Shown here: piece by piece, positions 41,462-49,580 of the stretch
Layout: every line of letters starts with the position of its first letter
Numbering within the stretch: the stretch's first letter is position 1
From: Nitrospirota bacterium
GTDB lineage: Bacteria; Nitrospirota; UBA9217
Assembly: GCA_963754875.1 (NCBI GenBank)
Contig: CAVWHO010000014.1
Span: 64,001-128,000 of the forward strand
DNA length: 64,000 nt
Reading direction: 5' to 3'
Notes under the pieces: model-generated
Told to the model about the DNA's origin: nothing
What the model saw: only the letters and a program-made list of their open reading frames with translations
Database searches by the model: none
Translations under genes and position numbers: made by a program

Positions 41462-43555
41462 ATGCCGGAAGATATAAAACAATCCGATACGCTGTCACCT
41501 GAAGTCCAAGAGGTGATGCGCAGTCTGATCACAGCCATGAGGGCAGTTAAACTCTATCCGCCCAACAACCCCATCTATTCCCAAACCGTTAAGAAAGCCC
41601 ATGAAGTACTTGCCCGATTTCTTGAGGCCACACCGGAATACAACGTCGGTGTCCAAAAGACCTTTTTCACCTATATGCACACGCCGGTTGGAAAAGACGC
41701 GCAGTTGAACAAGGCCATCGCCCAGGACCTTTTCACAAAGGGGATAAGGCACATTACCTTTCGCGGAGGGGTGACGGAAAAAGAAACACTGGAGTTGTTC
41801 CAGGCACTCGCTCTATCCATGGAAGAGATGGCAATGAAAAGCGGCATCTCCTCTATCCTCTGGGAAAAGGATGTGACCAATATCAAGGTCATCGAAGCGG
41901 GACTCGACGAGGTCATCACGACAAAAACCGGGGGCGCACTGGTCGAGCTGGACCCCAGAACGACCCGGACCGACGAGAACGATCCAGAATCTGCGGCGAA
42001 AGCTGCGGCACTTCCCGGCCGTACCCTCATTCTGGGCGACCTTCTGACGGATCCTGCCTCGTTCGGCGCGGGGCTGGTAGCGCTTGCGAAACAGACGCAT
42101 GGCGAGCACGAAACCGTTGAAGACCGCCTCCTTGCTCTGTATCAGGAAGCAGGACGTAAGATACAGGAGGGCAGTCCGGAACAGCAGGATAGACTGTTCT
42201 CCGGCCTGGCACAGTCGGCCCTGTCCCTTCAATCGCCTTACCGCGAAACATTAATCGCCGGAAAACTGTATGCTAATATGGACTCTGAAAACGTCGAAGA
42301 GCGAAAAACGGAACTTGCAGAGGAATTGCCGAATGAGTATCACGAGATCCTGACCGGACGGTTCTCGGATGCATGGACCGTTCAGCAGGTGGCAGTGCTT
42401 TTGAGGAGGACGGCGGTGACAAAGAAAACATCCCCGCCTGTGCCGGTTTCTTCCCCCTCCGCACTGACCGCTGTGCCATTCCCTCCTGATATCCTCGAAC
42501 TTGTGAGAGAAATGGCGGAGTACACATCGGAGGAGATGGAAACACTCAAGGCCATGAGCGGCGTTGGCATGGAGTCGGACATTATCGAGGCCTCGGTCCA
42601 CACCCTGATTTCTCTTATTCCCCTTCTGAAAGACCCTCGCCATGAGAAACCCGATGACGAAGAAATTACCCTGTTCTCGACTGTCATTCAACAGCTCGAA
42701 GAGATGCTGAGCTATCTTTTGAGCAAGAAAAATTACGGAGCCGCCTTGCTCATTTCCAACGTCTTCCATATGTCCGTGGACCCCGCCTTTATGCCGCGGC
42801 TGGCGGAGGCGCTCAATAAATCATCTTCCAAAAAGTTCATCACCTCAACGATCAACTACTTGAGAAATCAGGCCAAGGGATCCCCGGAATATACCTCCGC
42901 TTATTCCTACTTGTCCGCAATGGAAAGGGAAGCCACGGCAGTCCTGTTGGAACTTCTGGCAACCGATACAGACAAGACATCGCGCATTGCTCTTCTCGAT
43001 TTAGTGAAGGAGATCGGCAAAAACCAGATCGCGATGCTTGGCGAATACCTCTCCGATGACCGCTGGTACCTTGTCCGTAATATCGTGAATGTTCTCGGTG
43101 AAACCAAGGGAGAACAGGCCCTTGTCTTTCTGCAGAAAGCAGCCGACCACAAAAATGTGAAGATACGGCAGGAAGTTGCCAAGGGCCTGATCTCCATCGG
43201 AGGGAAGAAGGCCGCCGGCATCCTGGCAAGGTTCTTAAATGACAGGGACGATTCCCTCAGGGTGATGGCAATCCATGGATTCGCCGAAATCAAGGGCATC
43301 AGTGCGGAGGACACGAAACCCCTGATCGAGTACCTGCAGGATCGTCCTATCAACAGCAAGGAGCATGAGTTTACCCTGGAGGCGATCAGGGCTCTGGGAA
43401 AGGTCGGGGGCCCCGCTGCCGAGGCCGTACTCACAGGGTATACTCGAGTCCGGTGGTGGAAACCGCGGAAGATCCAGGTAGAACTTCGGGCTGCGGCAAA
43501 GCGGGCCATGCTTGAAATCACGAGGAGGCGGGGAGATGGCGGATCAGAAAAATGA
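41462..43555 (+). CDS. HEAT-repeat protein
   Basis: C-terminal HEAT units (DDRWYLVRNIVNVLG, VKIRQEVAKGL); N-terminal LYPPNNP domain. Confidence 0.8.
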   Translation: MPEDIKQSDTLSPEVQEVMRSLITAMRAVKLYPPNNPIYSQTVKKAHEVLARFLEATPEYNVGVQKTFFTYMHTPVGKDAQLNKAIAQDLFTKGIRHITFRGGVTEKETLELFQALALSMEEMAMKSGISSILWEKDVTNIKVIEAGLDEVITTKTGGALVELDPRTTRTDENDPESAAKAAALPGRTLILGDLLTDPASFGAGLVALAKQTHGEHETVEDRLLALYQEAGRKIQEGSPEQQDRLFSGLAQSALSLQSPYRETLIAGKLYANMDSENVEERKTELAEELPNEYHEILTGRFSDAWTVQQVAVLLRRTAVTKKTSPPVPVSSPSALTAVPFPPDILELVREMAEYTSEEMETLKAMSGVGMESDIIEASVHTLISLIPLLKDPRHEKPDDEEITLFSTVIQQLEEMLSYLLSKKNYGAALLISNVFHMSVDPAFMPRLAEALNKSSSKKFITSTINYLRNQAKGSPEYTSAYSYLSAMEREATAVLLELLATDTDKTSRIALLDLVKEIGKNQIAMLGEYLSDDRWYLVRNIVNVLGETKGEQALVFLQKAADHKNVKIRQEVAKGLISIGGKKAAGILARFLNDRDDSLRVMAIHGFAEIKGISAEDTKPLIEYLQDRPINSKEHEFTLEAIRALGKVGGPAAEAVLTGYTRVRWWKPRKIQVELRAAAKRAMLEITRRRGDGGSEK

Positions 43556-44966
43556 TAGCCGTGGTGAGTCGCGGCAGTCCTTTTTCGCGAAGCAATTGCT
43601 GCTTGGCACGGCCAAGACCGCGTTTCAGCAGCTATCTGGTTTGCTGAAAAACGTGACCATTTATCCCGAATCTCACCCCTTCCTGCGCGCCCTGTCGGAA
43701 AAGTTTATCATTACGATCGAGGGCCTCTTGGTCGGACGGAAAGAGGTCGCGTTCTACATCGTATCCGGAGAATTATTTTTTGAGACCCACTCCGTTCCGC
43801 TCGACCAGAGCGTCGCATTGCTCATAGAGCATTTTACCAGCCGGGATGTCGGCGGGATATTTTTTAGACCGGGCCTTACTACTGCAGAACTCATAAGTCT
43901 GGCTGTTCTCATGAGCAAGGAGCCCGCGACACTTGCTGCCGAGGGCGGGCTTATCGAGATTGCCCGCCGTTCTAATATCACTCACATCGAACTTAACCGC
44001 GTGCTGCTTGTCGATAAGAGTACCGGCGGCGCCATTAAGGAAGGACAAAAAAGAGCGACCAAGTTGTTTCTGGATGCGATCGAATCGATAAAAGAGGTGG
44101 TCCAGAACGTTCACCGCGACAAAGCAATCGGCATGCGCAGGTTGAACACGGTCGTTCAAACGATGGTTGATAATATTATCGACAATCGTGACGCCCTCAT
44201 GGGCCTGACCAACCTCAAGATGTATGATGAATATACGTTTGCCCACTCGGTCAACACGTCCATTCTTGCCATTTCTCTCGGGACTTTCCTCTCATTCGAA
44301 AAACCCCAGATCGCCGCACTCGGCGTCGCCGCAATGCTGCACGATATCGGTAAAGTTCGCGTGCCGATCGAAATCATCAACAAGCCGGCCAAACTGTCGG
44401 ATGAGGAATGGAAGGCGGTCAAGCGCCATCCCGTCGATGGTGCGCTGATCGCATCGACTATTCCGGGTGTGACGAAGCTGGCGATGGTGGCGTCATTCGA
44501 ACATCATCTGCACGGGGCTTCGGGCTACCCGCACGTGGAGGTCCCTGTTCAGCCCCATCTGTTTTCGCAGATCGTTTCGCTGGCTGATTCCTACGAGGCC
44601 CTTACGGCGGCGCGTGTCTACTACAGCGTCCAGATGCCTCCGGATGAGGCGATCCGGATACTGATGAAAAAGCGGGGGATCGCGTTTAATCCGGTCCTCG
44701 TAAAGGCCTTTGTCAACATGATCGGGATCTTCCCTATCGGCACGCTCCTCAAACTATCAAGCGGTGAAGTCGGGCTTGTTCTGCATCAGACCCGTGATCT
44801 TATGCGTCCCCGGGTCCTGCTGCTTACGAAATTCGACGGTTCAGAAAAAGAGTCCGGTGTAGAAATCAGTCTTCTTGAAACAGCGGGCGGAAAGTATAAA
44901 CGGGACGTTGTTGGCACCATCAATCCTCACACTGCAAATATTAATATAAAAAAATATTTGGAATAG
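43536..44966 (+). CDS. HD-GYP domain protein (cyclic dinucleotide phosphodiesterase family)
   Basis: YTFAHSVN, LHDIGK, KRHP, EHH...GYP and ADSYEALT. Confidence 0.88.
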   Translation: MADQKNDSRGESRQSFFAKQLLLGTAKTAFQQLSGLLKNVTIYPESHPFLRALSEKFIITIEGLLVGRKEVAFYIVSGELFFETHSVPLDQSVALLIEHFTSRDVGGIFFRPGLTTAELISLAVLMSKEPATLAAEGGLIEIARRSNITHIELNRVLLVDKSTGGAIKEGQKRATKLFLDAIESIKEVVQNVHRDKAIGMRRLNTVVQTMVDNIIDNRDALMGLTNLKMYDEYTFAHSVNTSILAISLGTFLSFEKPQIAALGVAAMLHDIGKVRVPIEIINKPAKLSDEEWKAVKRHPVDGALIASTIPGVTKLAMVASFEHHLHGASGYPHVEVPVQPHLFSQIVSLADSYEALTAARVYYSVQMPPDEAIRILMKKRGIAFNPVLVKAFVNMIGIFPIGTLLKLSSGEVGLVLHQTRDLMRPRVLLLTKFDGSEKESGVEISLLETAGGKYKRDVVGTINPHTANINIKKYLE

Positions 44967-45087
44967 CTCCCACGAGGCCATTCGCAGACCTTCACGGAAC
45001 TGACAGCCGGTCCACAGCGGAAGATCACGTAATCATAAACCTGGGCTGCACCCTTCCGTTGATTCTTCCAGCCGACCCGTTTCCGAC

Positions 45088-47622
45088 ATGCCTATAATCT
45101 CTTACCCCATAGACGCCATTCTGCCTAAACTGAAAGAAACGATCACTGCCAGCCCAGCGGTCGTTCTGCATGCTCCGCCCGGTGCAGGCAAAACAACCCG
45201 TGTCCCGCTCGCTCTGCTGGAGGCCGTCCCGCTTGAACAGGGCCGCATCGTAATCCTCGAGCCGCGCAGGATCGCCGCTGTTTCGGCTGCACGCTGGATG
45301 GCGAAAACAATCGGTGAAGAGGCGGGAGGTACCGTCGGCTATACCATCCGCTTTGATACGAGAACGTCCGAAAAGACCCGCATCGAAGTCGTAACCGAGG
45401 GGGTCCTTACCCGCCGCATTCAGTCCGATCCGGGCCTTGAAGGCACTGCCATGGTCATTTTCGACGAGTTCCACGAACGAAGCATCCACGCCGATCTTGC
45501 GCTTGCACTCTGCCTCGATGTCCGCAAAGGCCTTCGACCGGACCTTAAAATTCTGGTCATGTCCGCCACACTCGACCCCGGTCCCATTGCAAAGCTTCTG
45601 GGCAACGCACCGGTCATCACCTCCATCGGCAAGGCCTTTCCCGTAGAAGAGCGATATCTCGAGGACAAAGCCGGCATGCTGCCTGTGCGTGTTGCCAATG
45701 CGGTCAAGATCGCCCTGAAAGAGACGTATGGCGACATCCTCGTGTTCCTTCCCGGATCAGGAGAGATCAAGGCGTGCGTCAAGGCATTACAGGAAACACT
45801 GAACATCGGCAGTGACCGCATTGCCCTGCATGCGCTTTACGGGGACCTTCCGTTCGATGAACAGGAGCGCGCCATCATGCCGTCGAAAGACGCACGGAAG
45901 ATCGTGCTCGCCACGAACATTGCGGAAACAAGCCTTACGATCGAGGGCGTTCACGTTGTCATCGACAGCGGCCTGACGCGCATGCTCCGCTACGATCCAT
46001 CGACAGGGATGAACCGGCTCGTGACGGTGCCGGTCTCCCGGGCGTCGGCGGAACAGCGCAAGGGCAGGGCAGGACGGCTCGGACCCGGCGTGTGCTATCG
46101 ACTCTACGGAAGCCATGACCTTCACAGCATGCTGCCCTTTACGCAGCCGGAAATTTTGCTCTCCGATCTTGCCCAGCTCGTGCTGGAGCTCACCGTCTGG
46201 GGCGTTAAAGACGCGCGAGAACTTTCGTGGCTCGACAGGCCGCCTTCGGCGGCCTGGGATTCGGCGCTGCGGCTGCTGCAGGAACTTGGCGCCCTCGACA
46301 GATCGGGGTCCGTCACTGCCGTAGGGAGGGCAATCGCACGTTTTCCGCTGCACCCCCGGTTGGGACGCCTGATGATGCGTGCGAAGGAACTGGGCTGTCC
46401 AGGCCTCGGCGCGGACCTCGCCGCCATTCTTACCGAGCGGGACATTTTCCGGCACAGCGCAGCAGGCCGTAAGATCGACGATCCCGATATCCTGCAGCGG
46501 ATTGAATCGCTTCAGTGCTGGCGAACGGGAAAAGGAACGGACTCGCTCGCAGATCCGTCGGCGCTCCGCGCCGTGGAAAGGACTTCAAAACAGCTTGCGC
46601 GCCTGACAGCCGCGGCAGCGGAGAAGCCCCTTCGCGATACCATTGCTCCAGATGCGGTTTCCCGGCTGTTGCTCTCTGCTTTTCCTGATAGAATCTGCAA
46701 ACGACGTGAAGAAGGAGGGGGCCGTTTTATCCACGTCCAGGGGCGGGGAGTCCGTCTTTCCCCGGACAGTCACCTCGGCAGCAGCTCCTATCTCATAGCT
46801 GTTGCCGTCGATGCGGGCGAGAAAACGGAGGGGTTTGTGCACATTGCCGCAGCCGTGGACGAGGAACTCATCCGGAGCGAATGTGCGTCACGTATCGAGA
46901 CCATCAGAAGAGTGGAATGGGACAGGAAGGAGAACAGGATCAAAGCTGCTGTTGAAGAGCGGTATGGGGCGTTGCTCCTTTCGAAGCGGCCGTTCACCCC
47001 CACGGACGTCGAGGCCGCACCGATTCTCTGCGAAACCGTCAGGATGACCCCCGGCGTCCTGACCTTCAGCCGTGAGGCGCGCCAGTTTCAGGCAAGGGTC
47101 GGTTTGATGAAGAGGTCCTTTCCCGAGGAAACCTGGCCGGACCTTTCTGACGAAGAGCTGTTTCAACGTCCCGAGGAGTGGTTAGTGTCCTGGCTTGCAG
47201 GAATTCGCAGCGCACAGGGTTTGAGCGGGCTGAACGTCCTCCCGGCGCTCCGGGCCCGTCTTTCCGGGAAACAGCAGCGGCTCTTGGATGAGCGTGCACC
47301 TTTATCCATTACTGTTCCGAGCGGTTCCAACGTAGCGCTCGATTATACTTCAGGCGATCAGCCGGTACTTGCCGTCAAATTGCAGGAAATGTTTGGTCTT
47401 GCTGATACGCCCGCGATTGTCAACGGCCGGGTAAAAATAGTATTGCACCTGCTCTCGCCTGCCCGCAGACCGGTCCAGATCACCCAGGATTTGAAAGGAT
47501 TCTGGAACACGTCCTATCAAGAGGTTAAAAAAGATTTAAAGGGACGGTATCCGAAACATCCTTGGCCGGACGATCCCTGGAATGCCGTACCCACCCGCCG
47601 CACGAAGCCACGCGCTCGTTGA
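45088..47622 (+). CDS. hrpB: ATP-dependent helicase HrpB
   Basis: APPGAGKTT, DEFHERS, SAT, TNIAETSLTI, QRKGRAGR and LKGRYPKHPWPDDP. Confidence 0.95.
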   Translation: MPIISYPIDAILPKLKETITASPAVVLHAPPGAGKTTRVPLALLEAVPLEQGRIVILEPRRIAAVSAARWMAKTIGEEAGGTVGYTIRFDTRTSEKTRIEVVTEGVLTRRIQSDPGLEGTAMVIFDEFHERSIHADLALALCLDVRKGLRPDLKILVMSATLDPGPIAKLLGNAPVITSIGKAFPVEERYLEDKAGMLPVRVANAVKIALKETYGDILVFLPGSGEIKACVKALQETLNIGSDRIALHALYGDLPFDEQERAIMPSKDARKIVLATNIAETSLTIEGVHVVIDSGLTRMLRYDPSTGMNRLVTVPVSRASAEQRKGRAGRLGPGVCYRLYGSHDLHSMLPFTQPEILLSDLAQLVLELTVWGVKDARELSWLDRPPSAAWDSALRLLQELGALDRSGSVTAVGRAIARFPLHPRLGRLMMRAKELGCPGLGADLAAILTERDIFRHSAAGRKIDDPDILQRIESLQCWRTGKGTDSLADPSALRAVERTSKQLARLTAAAAEKPLRDTIAPDAVSRLLLSAFPDRICKRREEGGGRFIHVQGRGVRLSPDSHLGSSSYLIAVAVDAGEKTEGFVHIAAAVDEELIRSECASRIETIRRVEWDRKENRIKAAVEERYGALLLSKRPFTPTDVEAAPILCETVRMTPGVLTFSREARQFQARVGLMKRSFPEETWPDLSDEELFQRPEEWLVSWLAGIRSAQGLSGLNVLPALRARLSGKQQRLLDERAPLSITVPSGSNVALDYTSGDQPVLAVKLQEMFGLADTPAIVNGRVKIVLHLLSPARRPVQITQDLKGFWNTSYQEVKKDLKGRYPKHPWPDDPWNAVPTRRTKPRAR

Positions 47623-47737
47623 ACGGAAAATTGCGGAACGCGGACCGGGGAAACGCAACAGGCAACACGTAACAGGATTGCTAGCACGAAAAGAGCAGCG
47701 GCGATGGCCCGGCTCCTCTCCGAAGCAAGTCTGTTCA

Positions 47738-48082
47738 CTATTGCGTGATATAGGTGTTTCGCGCCAGACTCGCAGTTTCAGTCAACGCTCTCTCCCCCCT
47801 GTTTACATAGTGCATTGCCGCGTCGTGCCGGTCGGCAAGTTTCCAAGCATGTTTGTAAAGGTGCCGGGGCTGCTTGACGATCACCCGGAACTTCCCCGCT
47901 TCATAGTCAATGGGCATGAACAGACCTGCTTCCTTCGCAAGAAGGTCCGCCTGAACAATCGCCCACTCACTACCCGTGGAAAATCCAATGCTCTGTCCGA
48001 TCGGGAAGCCGGCCGCAAAACCTGCCAGAAGCAATGCGGCAACTATTGTGATACGCTTTATGGTTTTTACGATAATATTCAT
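47738..48082 (-). CDS. Hypothetical membrane-anchored or exported protein
   Basis: GAGGAGG RBS and an N-terminal hydrophobic segment. Confidence 0.7.
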   Translation of the reverse strand: MNIIVKTIKRITIVAALLLAGFAAGFPIGQSIGFSTGSEWAIVQADLLAKEAGLFMPIDYEAGKFRVIVKQPRHLYKHAWKLADRHDAAMHYVNRGERALTETASLARNTYITQ

Positions 48083-48191
48083 GTTTCCTCCTCACCTTCG
48101 GCCGTTCTGAAAAAAAATCAAGAGAACGTCTCGTAAGCAACCGAAGGACTTTCAATAGCACGCTGAATTTACTCTCGTTACACGATCTTAC

Positions 48192-48207
48192 AGCAAGAGT
48201 GCTGCCA
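48192..48207 (-). promoter_or_regulatory. Sigma-54 (-24/-12) promoter
   Basis: Minus strand reads TGGCAGCACTCTTGCT (GG-N10-GC), about 110 nt upstream of the 48082 start. Confidence 0.6.
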
Positions 48208-48567
48208 GAATTAAAGGGTTGAAAAAAAGGAGTTAAACTGTCCGAATTGGTTTGAAGCTGAAGAGGAGTTCAATCTGAACAGGCCATTTTGAACTGCGCG
48301 GTTATTCTGAATTGCAACAGTTCAAACCTCCTCTGCGTCCTTCTTTTGCTCCAACTACACAAACTGAGTAAAAAAGTCGGAACGTAGTACATGACCATCC
48401 GTAGTACCGTCTTAGTTTGATTAAACGATAGGATTTTTCTAACTGACTCATGCACTGGGAGTGCCGTAGATAGAAAGAGGCGAGCGATTCGGCAGCGAAA
48501 GGAAAATTTAAAATAAGGTGCGGCTGAGATGCCGCACCTTGGAAGGGAAAATGATAACAATCCCATT

Positions 48568-48798
48568 CTAATCAAATTGAGAGAACATTCTCTGCAGCAT
48601 CAAAGCTTTATCGAGATCGTCATGCTCCAGTGCGCCGATCTTGACCAATATTTCGCCGAGCAGCTCCTTGGTGTATTTCTGGTGTTCAAGAGCCAAATCA
48701 AGGTCCTGAGGAATAATAACATCGTCGGCGAGTAGAAGAGCACCGAGTGGAACCTTTTCCTTGCTGTTTTTTACCACCATTGCTGCCAGGTCCATCAT
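48568..48798 (-). CDS. Stand-alone MshEN-like (GspE N-terminal, c-di-GMP-binding) protein
   Basis: Two 24-aa motifs, PLGALLLADDVIIPQDLDLALEHQ and LLGEILVKIGALEHDDLDKALMLQ, joined by a 5-aa linker. Confidence 0.75.
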   Translation of the reverse strand: MMDLAAMVVKNSKEKVPLGALLLADDVIIPQDLDLALEHQKYTKELLGEILVKIGALEHDDLDKALMLQRMFSQFD

Positions 48799-49580
48799 AC
48801 TAGCCCCCTTTTGTCATCCTTGCTATAAGTAGAATTTTGTAAAAATATCAGACAATTTTTTATTGATATAAACACATTATACTGTATTTTTTTTATTTGT
48901 CAAGTAAATTTAGTAAAAACTATAATTAATTGTTATAAAGAGTGAATGCTTATATGCCATTGATAAATTGTATCTTTTACTGGTATCATGTAAGACTGTA
49001 TCGTAATATATTTTAAAAAGCCCGCCAAGGATTACCTGTTCTCTCGGGAAACGTCATGTTGAAGCCCTGAACCGCCAATCGTGCTTGTTTCTCTTTTTTC
49101 CTGAGAGCTGTAAATCCTGTACCGAAGTTGGAAGCATGTTGCGGCCGATCTGGCACGTCGTATTGGTAACTCAGCCGCTTCGTTTCTTGCATAACAATAA
49201 TTAATTTATTTTTTTTCGTTAATTCCTGTTATTGTTGCGGGCCTTTGCAATTAGTCTTATAAAAACAATTACCAAGATATCGCAAATCATGAATTCTATC
49301 TCCCCCAAAACTCTTGCCTTTTTCAAATTAGTGTAGTACGTTATGATTACGAAAGGGCTATTGAGAGCTCTTTTGCTCCTCTGGTCTGTCACTGCCTTAT
49401 TTTTTTGGCTTCAATTACGCAGGCAATTCCCTATGCATGACATAATAAATATTTGCCGGGCACCCGCTCTTTCCTGAACGTGTGCTCTCCTATGCGAGTC
49501 GGCACTTTGCGATAATTCGAGACCCACCACCGAGAGGCACACGTTAGCGTCGTCTGCAGAATTTCAATGGAAGAGGCACT

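Noticed and set aside
49150..49168. TGGCACG as a sigma-54 site upstream of the MCP
   Set aside because: There is no GC at the required -12 spacing
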